From a virus, in IMG/VR virus record IMGVR_UViG_3300030430_004034, positions 23,959-87,958 of that record: DNA of 64,000 nt; one strand, 5' to 3'. The number at the start of each line of letters is the position of its first letter. Position 1 is the first letter of the stretch. Below are positions 54,403 through 63,751 of the stretch, piece after piece. Under the pieces are notes generated by a model. That model was given only the letters and a program-made list of their open reading frames with translations, was not told the origin of the DNA and did not search any database. The position numbers and the translations under genes were made by a program.

Positions 54403-56904
54403 CTATTTAACGCTATCCGTATTATCGCCCAATTTTATCGTTCTATACTTATCTTCATAAATATTCCAAAGGCCATCATCTGTGTCCTTATCTACAGGTT
54501 TTTGTTCGTATCCTGTAAACGCAATCCAAACTTTTTCTCCTTCGTAATCAACTACACGGAAATGCAACTTTGTTTCAAACTTGTTACCGTTGAGGATATA
54601 TTCGTGGTATCCATGTCGTTGGACACCAATAGTGACATCCCCCTCATCTATCAACTGATGTGTATCCTGTTGTTCGGATATTTCAGCAGGGTACTTTACA
54701 GCCTTACCAAAGAGTGCGAAAATATCATCATCAGTTTCTAAATCAATGGTCCACATGAGCAATTCGTCTTTGTAGTTTACAGAAAAGTTGAGGTTTCCGT
54801 CCTTACGAAGATAAACTTTGAATTGTGCTTGGCTTTTTTGTAAGACTGAATCATCAATAGTAATTTCATTGTTTGATACATTGATGTATTCACTAGCATT
54901 CAAGAAATTGCTAAACGATTCCTTGTCTTCAAATAAATTATCGAACTCTTTCGGGTAATTTCTTACGAGGTATTCTTGTAATTCCTTAACTTTGGTTTTC
55001 TTCCCTCTGTCCATATTATCTTTGGCAAATCGGATTGTAGCAGACCGAATCTGACTCTGATAAGTCTTCATCGTTTTCTCTGCTTCTTGTTTCCACATAT
55101 CTAAATCATTGAGAGCGTTCTTTGCCATGAGGTTGTTTTCTTTGAAACCGTAAAGGACGAACCCGTCCATACTCTTGGCAATAATTGTAGCCTCTCCATG
55201 AATGCCATCAGTAATTGTAATTCCTTTCTCCAAAGAAAGAGCCTTGTATTTTACGCTGGGTTTTGTGTCTTGGGATAACATTTGTAGCGTGACTATTTTA
55301 TCAGGAAGAATCGCTTCGGGAACCTCAATAACTTTTGCAGAGTAAAGAGAATACCTTCCATTGTCTTCTTTAACCTCATCCACCTTTACACGAATGATGT
55401 CTCCAACACCAACCTTGATTTTTGTATTGAGAGCCTTACCCACATTCATGTATTTACGACCGTTCATTTCTACGATAAACTTCCCTTCTTGTTCCTCGTC
55501 TACCGGACCAGCCCCTAAAGTGTAGGAGTAAAGCCCTGACTTTGTAGATTTTTTATCCAGAACCAACATGTCCAAATCAACAAACTTCTTCCATTTCACC
55601 CACTTTGGATTCTTTTTTGTTCCAATAAAATAAGTAGATTCAATGTCCTTAATGACCACGCCTTCGGCTGTAGGCATGTCCATGATTTCTTTTGCGTATT
55701 CGTCAATGTCTTTCAATGAATCTGCAATTCTCGTATCTTTCTTGGAAGGGAAGAATAGATTTCCAGATGATTTAGCAGAGTAATTGTTGAACAAGAGATT
55801 TATTCTGTCTCTCAAAGGTTCCTCTGTCATGTTTCTAGATTCGTGTCGCATAATGTCAAAGACATGGGCTTTCAATTCCATGTCTTGGTACTTGTCTTTG
55901 AAAACATGGGCCACTGTATCTGCTCTATGTAGTGCCTTGTCGCCGTCAAAAAGAATCAATTCAGCATCTAAAATACAGTCTCCGTATGATTTTTTCTTCA
56001 ACTCTTCAACTTGTTCTTTGCATTTCTCGGTGATGTCCTTTTCATTGTAGGAAAACACTTGGACTCTTCCATCAATTTTGTGTAATTGTATTCTCATGCC
56101 ATCGTATTTTTCTTGGACGACATACTCTCCACTGAAACCTTTCAATTCATTCATGTCCTCAATATCAAAAATCCGATACATTGGCTTATTGGGCACGATA
56201 AATTGAGTGATTGCTTTTTCTTCCTCGGACTTTTCGGCTTTTTCTAAATCTACCTCTTGTAATTCTTCAAGAGTTTCTTCAGATGAATTTTCAAGCATGA
56301 TGTCTTCTAGAATATCATTTGCTCTGTTGAATTGTGCTTCCACCTTTTTGGAATCCTTTCCATCACCATAATGCTCAATGATATACAAAGGAACATCATC
56401 AACTTCCAAATCCATTCCTTCTAATCCATCTGTAATTCCATCTTCTTTCAAATCCTTAGAAGAATAGAATTTTCGGGGTAAAGCCTTGTTGTCGGAGCGG
56501 ATAGCATAATGAATAAATTTCACCATTGTTCCGACATCAGAAAGAAGTGCTTCCAAAACATCCCCCTTGAAAGCGTCTGCGAAGGGGTCTGTGACTTCTT
56601 CGGATTCAAAGCGCATGTCCTTGATTCCTTCGTAGATAATTCTAGCCGTGTTGCTTTCAGGGTCTTTTGCGTTGTTATCCTCAATGTGTTTCTCATCTAC
56701 GAACCTCTTGATTTCTTTACCAAGAGGGGATAGGGCATCAAACGCTTCTTTGATTTCTTCAAGAGCGTTTCTCCAACGCCCCCCGTACTCTTTCTTGTCC
56801 TCTCTAGCAGAGAGGTAGGCCACCCTTGTTTTTTCAAAAAGCGCAAGGATTTCGTCGGAAACAGGCGCTTTGACCTTTCCAAACATGAGGCCAGTTGAGG
56901 GCAT
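54403..56904 (-). CDS. Second ATP-dependent ligase, multidomain, in the head module
   Basis: EKYDGMR, LDAE, VFD, EGVVIK, WVKWK and an OB domain; extra N- and C-terminal domains; start MPSTG. Confidence 0.85.
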   Translation of the reverse strand: MPSTGLMFGKVKAPVSDEILALFEKTRVAYLSAREDKKEYGGRWRNALEEIKEAFDALSPLGKEIKRFVDEKHIEDNNAKDPESNTARIIYEGIKDMRFESEEVTDPFADAFKGDVLEALLSDVGTMVKFIHYAIRSDNKALPRKFYSSKDLKEDGITDGLEGMDLEVDDVPLYIIEHYGDGKDSKKVEAQFNRANDILEDIMLENSSEETLEELQEVDLEKAEKSEEEKAITQFIVPNKPMYRIFDIEDMNELKGFSGEYVVQEKYDGMRIQLHKIDGRVQVFSYNEKDITEKCKEQVEELKKKSYGDCILDAELILFDGDKALHRADTVAHVFKDKYQDMELKAHVFDIMRHESRNMTEEPLRDRINLLFNNYSAKSSGNLFFPSKKDTRIADSLKDIDEYAKEIMDMPTAEGVVIKDIESTYFIGTKKNPKWVKWKKFVDLDMLVLDKKSTKSGLYSYTLGAGPVDEEQEGKFIVEMNGRKYMNVGKALNTKIKVGVGDIIRVKVDEVKEDNGRYSLYSAKVIEVPEAILPDKIVTLQMLSQDTKPSVKYKALSLEKGITITDGIHGEATIIAKSMDGFVLYGFKENNLMAKNALNDLDMWKQEAEKTMKTYQSQIRSATIRFAKDNMDRGKKTKVKELQEYLVRNYPKEFDNLFEDKESFSNFLNASEYINVSNNEITIDDSVLQKSQAQFKVYLRKDGNLNFSVNYKDELLMWTIDLETDDDIFALFGKAVKYPAEISEQQDTHQLIDEGDVTIGVQRHGYHEYILNGNKFETKLHFRVVDYEGEKVWIAFTGYEQKPVDKDTDDGLWNIYEDKYRTIKLGDNTDSVK

Positions 56905-56912
56905 GTAAATCC

Positions 56913-57176
56913 TCAACCTTGTGTTTCTTCACCAGCCGAACCGTATCCTGAATGTGTCCCAGTGCTGTTCTCAATTTTTGTCTTGTCTTTATCCCCGGTC
57001 TTTTTGGGACGCTTAACTTTGACTTCTTCCCCGAGGGAGTCGTATGCGATTCTCTCTCTGTTCTCTGGAACCTCACGATAACTTTCTTTCTTTTGAATCA
57101 ATTCTTTTACAATTCTCAACTGGCTGATTGCTTGTGCAATTACGGTTTCTTCTTTGGTCATTTTTTCAGGCATGTG
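56913..57176 (-). CDS. Hypothetical head-module protein
   Basis: Start MPEK after AAGGTGA. Confidence 0.5.
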   Translation of the reverse strand, partial: HMPEKMTKEETVIAQAISQLRIVKELIQKKESYREVPENRERIAYDSLGEEVKVKRPKKTGDKDKTKIENSTGTHSGYGSAGEETQG

Positions 57177-57177
57177 T

Positions 57178-57402
57178 TCACCTTCCGCTAACAAATTTTT
57201 CTATGTCGTCCCATGACATTTTATGAATGGTATCGCCCGTGGGCATAACAGAGTTGGTCATGGATGGAGTAGGAGATTCAGCGACAACAAACCCTGATTT
57301 CATCAAAAGGTTGTCTTGATGATAAACTGTTTTTTCAAGAGACTGAATTCGCTCAACAAGTGCCTTTAGAACACCCAACATTTCTTCTTCTGTTTCACTC
57401 AC
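57178..57402 (-). CDS. Hypothetical scaffold-like peptide
   Basis: C-terminus IHKMSWDDIEKF resembles the scaffold C-terminus VADMSWSDIHKM. Confidence 0.55.
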   Translation of the reverse strand: MSETEEEMLGVLKALVERIQSLEKTVYHQDNLLMKSGFVVAESPTPSMTNSVMPTGDTIHKMSWDDIEKFVSGR

Positions 57403-57745
57403 TTCTCAAGTCCCCCTTTCTTTTTGGATAAACGATTTCACGAAGTTGTCGGTAAAGCAATTCGTATTCCTTACGGAGTTTGCTAGATAAGGCCAACATA
57501 TCAATGTTCCTTTCATCTATGGATTTGAAACGCTTAACCATTTTTTCATCAGACTTAATGAGTTCCAACTCCTTAAGCATGTCAATTAATTCGCCAAGTT
57601 GCGTAAAGTCTTGTCCAAAATATTCAGTTGGTTCAGCCGTCTGTAGCGTTTTCTTAACTCGCTTTCTTTTCTTTTCGTCCAGAGATTCAAGAATAGGACT
57701 ATTCTCTTTCTCTATCTTTTCTTCTTTGAGTATTAATTCCCACAT
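57395..57745 (-). CDS. WxxILK-leader coiled-coil protein
   Basis: Start MWELILK at 57745 after GGAGG. Confidence 0.6.
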   Translation of the reverse strand: MWELILKEEKIEKENSPILESLDEKKRKRVKKTLQTAEPTEYFGQDFTQLGELIDMLKELELIKSDEKMVKRFKSIDERNIDMLALSSKLRKEYELLYRQLREIVYPKRKGDLRSE

Positions 57746-57746
57746 A

Positions 57747-59390
57747 TCATTCTTCCTCCTCTTTGGCTTCCCTTCTTTCACGCATTTCTTCTACGGTAAT
57801 AAAATCCCCTGCTCTTTCTTGTTCGATTCTTTCTGCTTCTTCTTCTGAGACTACTCTACTTTCTCCAGTTTCAGCATCAATAATACGAGTCATTCCTTGT
57901 GGAATATTTCTTCTGTCTCTTTCTGAAATTGCTCTTTCCGCACCAAAACCTAAAGGCCTACTTTCTTTGATTCTAGCAATCCTTCTTCTCCTCTCATCTC
58001 TGAATTTTCTTTGGAGTTTTTTATCCGCTCCAATGTCCAAAATCTGGCCGGTCATTGAACGATAAACATCTCTCAAAGTTTGAAGAAGAGTTTTTTCTTC
58101 TTCTTCTGTATTCAACAAGTCATGTATGTCTTGTCCCAAATCGCCTAATTCTTTGTACCTCTCCATGTCTTCTCCGGGTTTTTTGGGCCTATTGTATCGG
58201 TTCGCACGGACCTTCTTTTCAACAACAGAAAGAGGAGCCAAGAATTTTTCATTTCTTGGAACGCCGACATAAAATACGGATTGCGGGCTTCTTGCTATTT
58301 TTTTGAGTTCAGAAAAAGTATTCTTTGCAGGATTACCCTTACCTAAAACCTCAAGAATCATCAAATCTTCGTCTCTTGACCTTTCTAATCTTTCAAGCAT
58401 TTTTTTGATGTCCTTTAATTTTGTAAGGGTCTTCGGCGTAATTTTCACTCCTTCGGGTTCTTCAAATTCTTGAAGCCTTTCGGTGATTGGGCTTATTTGA
58501 GATTCTAAACCATCTGTATTCCTATTATTTTTCTTTAATTCCCTAGAAATAGAAATTAATACTTTTCGGAGATTACGCAAAGAATCTACATCTCTGTTTC
58601 CCATTCCGGAGAGTATGTTTCCTGCAAGAGAAACATTGTCTTGTAATTCATCTGTAATCGTAGCCATTTCTTCCTGTTGTTCAGGAGTTATTGCACCCTC
58701 TCTTTCAAACAATTCAGACATCAATGCCGATTTTAACTCATTCACTAATTTTTCATAACTAAAATTGTCGAAATTTCTTGACTCCCCAAAAGGTTCATTG
58801 ATGAATTCTTCTATGTTTTTTGCTCTAGGTTTTTCCCGACCTATTTCCTGAACGACTTCTTTTATTTCTTCCGGGTCCGTTTCTTCTGCTGTTTGAAATC
58901 TAGCCAAATCTGCCTTTTCTTGTTTGATGGCTTCGTTCAGAACTTGAAGGAGAGAGCCTGTTTTTCTTTCTACAGTGTAGGATAACTTGTCTCCATAAAG
59001 ACCAGTTTCAGTAACTAATTCCGAAGAGAACATCATTGGCTTCAATAATTCTCTAGATGTTCTCGGAAGATTGTTTACGACATACTCTTCTGCTTGGTCT
59101 TTAATTTCCTTAGCGGAAGAATTCAAGTCTGCAAAAAACCCTAAAACAGAAACAGAATCCTTCTTATCATCTTCTTCTGCTGTTTTATTTTTTTCTTTTT
59201 GCTCTTTAATGGCACTTTTTATTTTATTTTGCGTCTCAGAAATTGCAGTGCTGACAGTCCCCTTTGCCTCTTCTAAGGCCTGAATATTTTTTTCCGTGGA
59301 ATCAATGATTGCTTCTTTTGCTTCAGGAGAAAGCCTAGGAACATCCCTAGGTCGTCGTTGGACTTTCTCCAAAATCAAAAAAATCACCAC
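57747..59390 (-). CDS. Large charged helical protein (possible internal head protein)
   Basis: 547 aa, E/K/R-rich, located between portal and protease. Confidence 0.55.
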   Translation of the reverse strand: MVIFLILEKVQRRPRDVPRLSPEAKEAIIDSTEKNIQALEEAKGTVSTAISETQNKIKSAIKEQKEKNKTAEEDDKKDSVSVLGFFADLNSSAKEIKDQAEEYVVNNLPRTSRELLKPMMFSSELVTETGLYGDKLSYTVERKTGSLLQVLNEAIKQEKADLARFQTAEETDPEEIKEVVQEIGREKPRAKNIEEFINEPFGESRNFDNFSYEKLVNELKSALMSELFEREGAITPEQQEEMATITDELQDNVSLAGNILSGMGNRDVDSLRNLRKVLISISRELKKNNRNTDGLESQISPITERLQEFEEPEGVKITPKTLTKLKDIKKMLERLERSRDEDLMILEVLGKGNPAKNTFSELKKIARSPQSVFYVGVPRNEKFLAPLSVVEKKVRANRYNRPKKPGEDMERYKELGDLGQDIHDLLNTEEEEKTLLQTLRDVYRSMTGQILDIGADKKLQRKFRDERRRRIARIKESRPLGFGAERAISERDRRNIPQGMTRIIDAETGESRVVSEEEAERIEQERAGDFITVEEMRERREAKEEEE

Positions 59391-59605
59391 TTGTTTTCCG
59401 TTCTAGGTCTTCTTTTGACAGGGAGTTGAACAACATCGGGCGTATCCGCAGAGCCTCTTTTCGCCTTGTGCGTAGTGTCGGGAGGCAACCCACCCAAAGA
59501 GAAGTCCCGATTCTTTCTAACCGCTCTATCTTCTGCCGCTCTTTGTGAACGAATCTTTGCTAATTCTCTTGACAACTCTCTTTCTCTTCTTGCTGTATCA
59601 GTCAT
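59384..59605 (-). CDS. Small basic protein
   Basis: Abuts the portal gene; GGAGG SD. Confidence 0.55.
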   Translation of the reverse strand: MTDTARRERELSRELAKIRSQRAAEDRAVRKNRDFSLGGLPPDTTHKAKRGSADTPDVVQLPVKRRPRTENKW

Positions 59606-61240
59606 TTAACCAATCCTCCTTTCGCTTCTTCTATCTACATTTTGGTTTCCGGCTTCTTGTGGTAAACCTGTAAGTCGCTTATCTGGCCCTACGCTATTCC
59701 TCGCTTTATTCCTTGTGGCTGGAGGGTTCTCTTGTGGCGTAGAACCTCCACCATCTAACATGGCCATTTGTGCCTCTGCTAAATCTCTCTGGTCCACATT
59801 AGAACCGGCTAATGGGTCCGTTTCAATTTGCTCTCCTTCTCCTTCCATAGTTTCTTTTGGTTCAGGCTTTTTGAAGGTAAAGTTTCCGTCTTCATCCATG
59901 TCCACATCAAATCCTAGATTCTTTGTAGAGGCGGCAATATTGACTTCTAACTCTCTCTTACGGAGAACGGCGACTTCATCCTCTTCTTCGCTTGGAGGCA
60001 ACTTGAGAACCCAATCAGTAATTCCGAATTGTTTGACAAGGAAAGGAAACACATACTCATTGTAGACATTTTGAGCCATCTGAACGGCTCTGTTGGTGAC
60101 AAGAATCTGCATTCCTTCGTTGTTCAAACCACCGCTTGTAGTGTTGTCAGCCATGAAGACTTTACTTACACCGTAAAATGCCGATATTCGGTCTCGTAAG
60201 TCGTCTTTGACAGCGACATATTCCATTTCTTTGAGACTATCCATGAACTTAATCCACTCAACAGAACCCTTACCGTTTTCTGCTTCAATGCCCATAACAG
60301 GGATATAGTGGGGGTCTTGTTCCATTTTTTCTTTGACACCCCTCCAAAATGCGGCCATAGAATCCATGTTTCTTGTTTGAACAGCGAGAAGACCTCTTGG
60401 CATACGACTCTTAGTGTAAGAAGAATTGACATAATTTTCCATGGCGATGAGCGTCATAATGTTGTTGAACAAGGTGAGGATTGGAGACTGCCCATAGAGT
60501 CTGCTTGGACTGTATTTGCTAAAGTGTAGCACTTCACCATCAATGAAATACTGCTCCTCTCCGTTAGCCCGGTTGACATAATGGACAGGATAAAGAGGAC
60601 TTCCGCATTCTTGACAATTTTCGTGAGGCTCCGTAGATAATTGGTCTCGGTGATTAATACAAGTGAAACCTTTGGTCCCACGAACCCCTACTTCATCTGC
60701 GTAGATACTCATCGTCACTGGGTCGCCACGGTAAATCTCTTTGATACGATGCATGCGGATTTTTCCGTTGCCATCTAAATAGTATTCTTTGACAAGAACG
60801 ATGTAAGCATCATCCATAATGTTGAGGTCGTCTTCCAATTCTTTGAAGACATCAATGAATTTCTGCTCCGACTTGTTGACATAAGTTTCAATGAATCTTT
60901 CTGCAAATTCTAGTTGTTTTGGGTCGGGTCTTTCAAGTTCCAAAGAACCACACCTAGCACATTCTTGGACGGGTCTTTTGTGTGTTTTTTGACACACTTT
61001 GCATTTTGACTCAAACGCCTTTTCCCAAACATAGCCTCTTCTGAAGACCTCTTGTTTGAGTTGGGTTATGCATGTTCGTACAATAACAGATTGCTGAACG
61101 ACGCTGTAAACCAGCGGCGCTGTCATCATATATGACTGCTCACGCTCTTGAATCCCGACATTGTATACCTTTCTGTCGTAGGGTTTTGGGGTTGTTCTTC
61201 GGAACAGATTTGTGAAGCCGAATCGTCTTTTTTCAGCCAT
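59606..61240 (-). CDS. Portal protein
   Basis: V..CI..L, DL...DDAY, EVLH...YGQSPI, PRGLL, I...YGV portal motifs; upstream of protease and MCP. Confidence 0.85.
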   Translation of the reverse strand: MAEKRRFGFTNLFRRTTPKPYDRKVYNVGIQEREQSYMMTAPLVYSVVQQSVIVRTCITQLKQEVFRRGYVWEKAFESKCKVCQKTHKRPVQECARCGSLELERPDPKQLEFAERFIETYVNKSEQKFIDVFKELEDDLNIMDDAYIVLVKEYYLDGNGKIRMHRIKEIYRGDPVTMSIYADEVGVRGTKGFTCINHRDQLSTEPHENCQECGSPLYPVHYVNRANGEEQYFIDGEVLHFSKYSPSRLYGQSPILTLFNNIMTLIAMENYVNSSYTKSRMPRGLLAVQTRNMDSMAAFWRGVKEKMEQDPHYIPVMGIEAENGKGSVEWIKFMDSLKEMEYVAVKDDLRDRISAFYGVSKVFMADNTTSGGLNNEGMQILVTNRAVQMAQNVYNEYVFPFLVKQFGITDWVLKLPPSEEEDEVAVLRKRELEVNIAASTKNLGFDVDMDEDGNFTFKKPEPKETMEGEGEQIETDPLAGSNVDQRDLAEAQMAMLDGGGSTPQENPPATRNKARNSVGPDKRLTGLPQEAGNQNVDRRSERRIG

Positions 61241-61294
61241 GAAGAAGTCCCCTAATCAAAATGTAGAGTTTCGCCTTTTTAATTGCTTTGGGCT

Positions 61295-61648
61295 TCACGA
61301 ACCCTTTCGCCATTTTTTGTTCTTCTTTTCTTTGGTCTTACTTGGACTCCACTTTTCTTTATTAGCCCAATAAGCGGCAGACATTTTTCCACGCTTGATG
61401 TTCTTTGCATGGCGTGATTTGAAGGCTTCCCGTTGTCCGGCAGTTTGATTTGTCCTGACTCCTTTCTGTCCAAACTTAATGTATTTGGCTTTGTTGTTCT
61501 CAAAAGCCATAACATGGTGAGATTTGCCGGAATCGTCGTTTAACCTTTGAGCCTGATTGAGTCCTTTAAGTCCCTTTTTCTTGGCCCTCTCTAAAGCCTT
61601 TGACCTTACGCTCTTTGGCTTCTTCTTGAGAATTTGTTGCCAACTCAT
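61295..61648 (-). CDS. Basic WxxILK-leader protein
   Basis: MSWQQILKK; FGQKG...AFKSRH...AAYWA...W domain. Confidence 0.7.
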   Translation of the reverse strand: MSWQQILKKKPKSVRSKALERAKKKGLKGLNQAQRLNDDSGKSHHVMAFENNKAKYIKFGQKGVRTNQTAGQREAFKSRHAKNIKRGKMSAAYWANKEKWSPSKTKEKKNKKWRKGS

Positions 61649-62076
61649 GCTCTCATCCTCCGGTAATACGCTTCCTCTTCATTAACGGTAAGTGGCCTGC
61701 CTTCTTCCCTTTTGATGTCGTTAAGTGTAGGTTTTCCTTTACCTTGATTTCTATACATTTCAAAGTAGTTATCAACAACTGTTCTTGCGGGGATTTGTCT
61801 TTTTGGTTTAGGAGTAGGTTTTGGTTTAGGGGTGGATGCGGGTTTAGGTCCCGCATACAAAGTATATGCTTCCGATTCGGGAATATATCGGGAAGTAGGT
61901 TTTTCCCCTTGCCATTTATTTCTAGCATATCTTTGTTTCTGCGCCGAACCCATGTAATATGCACTACGGGGTTTAAATGCCTTTTTTCTTTTTTTGTCCC
62001 TCTTACTAGGGTTATTGAACCAATCACGAAGACTATCTCTTTTGAGAATGTCTCTCCAACTCATGCTCTCATCCTC
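61640..62076. repeat. 21-nt direct repeats at gene junctions (61640-61660 and 62056-62076)
   Basis: CCAACTCATGCTCTCATCCTC twice, each preceded by TTGAGAAT; a related copy at about 63031-63053. Confidence 0.9.
61645..62064 (-). CDS. Basic WxxILK-leader protein
   Basis: MSWRDILKR; PK-repeat linker. Confidence 0.7.
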   Translation of the reverse strand: MSWRDILKRDSLRDWFNNPSKRDKKRKKAFKPRSAYYMGSAQKQRYARNKWQGEKPTSRYIPESEAYTLYAGPKPASTPKPKPTPKPKRQIPARTVVDNYFEMYRNQGKGKPTLNDIKREEGRPLTVNEEEAYYRRMRA

Positions 62077-62543
62077 TTTGTTTTTCTTTTCAATTGCTGT
62101 CTCTTCTTTTCAGCCTCGTCCTCTGCTTCTGCTAAATCTTTTTTCTTTTCAGCATCTTTGGCTCTTTTTTTAGCCGCCCTTGCTCTTTGTTCTGTAACTC
62201 CTACAACTAGAGTTTGTCTTTGATGGCTTGCGTTTTTGAATGCAGAACTATTGAAAGTATCTTTAACTGCTTGCCTATTTTTGAAACTAATTGGGACGGT
62301 ATCGCTCTTATCCCTATCCACATATAAATCTGTATTTTTTTTAGAAGTTTCAGGTTCACCCTTTTTTCTATGTATTCTCTTATTAGATTTTTTCTTTAGA
62401 ATATCCCGCCAACCCTTTTTGACATATCCCGAAGCGTAAGCGGCGGCGGCTTGTCTTTCAGCATCTTTACGATTTCTGTAAACTTTACCTTTGCTACCCC
62501 ATTTGTAGCCGCCTTTGACTTTTCTAATGGGAATAGGAATCAC
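62061..62543 (-). CDS. Basic two-domain protein with an internal WRDILK
   Basis: PIRKVKGGYKWG..GKVY domain, then GWRDILKK, then a second domain. Confidence 0.7.
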   Translation of the reverse strand: MIPIPIRKVKGGYKWGSKGKVYRNRKDAERQAAAAYASGYVKKGWRDILKKKSNKRIHRKKGEPETSKKNTDLYVDRDKSDTVPISFKNRQAVKDTFNSSAFKNASHQRQTLVVGVTEQRARAAKKRAKDAEKKKDLAEAEDEAEKKRQQLKRKTKRMRA

Positions 62544-62656
62544 CTTTTCATTTGTTTGCTACGACAATGCGCCCTACAAGTGAACCCCTTCGTTTTATTT
62601 GGACCGCTACAGACACAATACGACATGTCTCTTTTGAGAACATTTTTCCAACTCAT
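62540..62656 (-). CDS. 38-aa WxxVLK-leader Cys-rich peptide (not in ORF track)
   Basis: MSWKNVLKRDMSYCVCSGPNKTKGFTCRAHCRSKQMKR; translationally coupled at both ends. Confidence 0.7.
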   Translation of the reverse strand: MSWKNVLKRDMSYCVCSGPNKTKGFTCRAHCRSKQMKR

Positions 62657-63039
62657 CAGAGTCCTCTCAAATCTATTAAATCGCCATCCTTGTGTTTTCC
62701 GACAATTTTTCTACGCATTAAATCATCTAAGACTCTATTAATCGTTGAACTGGGAGCGATGTCTTTCAAATTCTTCATGCCCAAAGCACCTCCTTCTGGC
62801 GGGAATGTGGCTAAAATTTCTTTCTCTACTTGAGAATCGGTCTTATCTGCTTTCTTTGCGCCATCTCTAAGAACCTCAAAATCCTTAGCAGTAATTTTGT
62901 CCTTGGGCGGGGCCACCCTTGCAATTTTATGTTGGCCCCCTACCAATTTCTTTTCAAAATCGTACTGCCCTTCTTTTTCGTCGTCAGCCTTTTCTCTATG
63001 GCTTCCACAACTTCCTTTCAATATATCCTTCCAACTCAT
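62656..63039 (-). CDS. WxxILK-leader protein with a C-terminal wHTH-like region
   Basis: MSWKDILKG; LVGGQHKI...DFEVLR; internal FEKK and VEKE. Confidence 0.7.
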   Translation of the reverse strand: MSWKDILKGSCGSHREKADDEKEGQYDFEKKLVGGQHKIARVAPPKDKITAKDFEVLRDGAKKADKTDSQVEKEILATFPPEGGALGMKNLKDIAPSSTINRVLDDLMRRKIVGKHKDGDLIDLRGL

Positions 63040-63461
63040 TCTTCCTCATCCTCCGCTTCTTCTTTTCGCATTTGGTTCTTTTTGGACTTTTCATCCTTCG
63101 TTATTGGACCGCCTTTTGCCCAAGTATAACATGCTCTATCTTCGTGGCACTTGAAATCGTGCATCCAACAATACCCAAGACCACCTTTAACATCTTCAAT
63201 CGGCATACAGTCTTTCATTCTTGGGCTGATGTCAAAGGCAATACAATTTGCACACTTTGATTTCTTAGCGGCTTCTATCGTTGTATCCCAATGTTCTGCA
63301 ATTTCTTCCCAGTAGTCTCCGGGTTCGTCAATGTTCAATGGACCATATTTAATGTCCTCATCTTTAATCGCCCTGTTGCGATTTTTTGTATTGAACTTAA
63401 GGTCCTTTGTTGCCCTAGGACACTGTAATTCTTTTAGTATAATCATCCAATCGTCTATCAT
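63036..63461 (-). CDS. WxxILK-leader Cys-rich (HiPIP-like pattern) protein
   Basis: MIDDWMIILKE; CANC..F...C...YC...C...C..W. Confidence 0.65.
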   Translation of the reverse strand: MIDDWMIILKELQCPRATKDLKFNTKNRNRAIKDEDIKYGPLNIDEPGDYWEEIAEHWDTTIEAAKKSKCANCIAFDISPRMKDCMPIEDVKGGLGYCWMHDFKCHEDRACYTWAKGGPITKDEKSKKNQMRKEEAEDEEE

Positions 63462-63751
63462 CTTCCTTCAATCCTCCGATAAACTTTTTTTCCTGCTTTT
63501 GTTCTAGGAACATGTTGTTTTCCTTTTTTACGGCCTTCTCTTTTCTTTCTATTTTCTGCGGCTCTTTGCTTTGGAGTCAATCTTTCAGCAACGGCTTTAG
63601 GAGCATATCTTCCTCTTTTGTATGTCCCCTTCTTTTTCTTTCCTTTGGGATTAGCCATATCTACCCAATTCTCTTTATTCCATTCCACCATATCTTTTTG
63701 CTTATCCGTTAAGCCTTTGATAGTGTTCCACCAATCACTTTTTGTTGACAA
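63458..63751 (-). CDS. Basic protein with a WWNTIK leader
   Basis: Q...EW..ENW...RYAPKA...LT...NRKKREG..KGKQHV; likely start 63751 or 63757. Confidence 0.6.
   Translation of the reverse strand: MSTKSDWWNTIKGLTDKQKDMVEWNKENWVDMANPKGKKKKGTYKRGRYAPKAVAERLTPKQRAAENRKKREGRKKGKQHVPRTKAGKKVYRRIEGR

Noticed and set aside
51064-61294. Shared late-promoter motif GGCG(C/A)AAC upstream of genes at 51063 and 61240
   Set aside because: Only two short imperfect instances; cannot be told from chance without motif statistics
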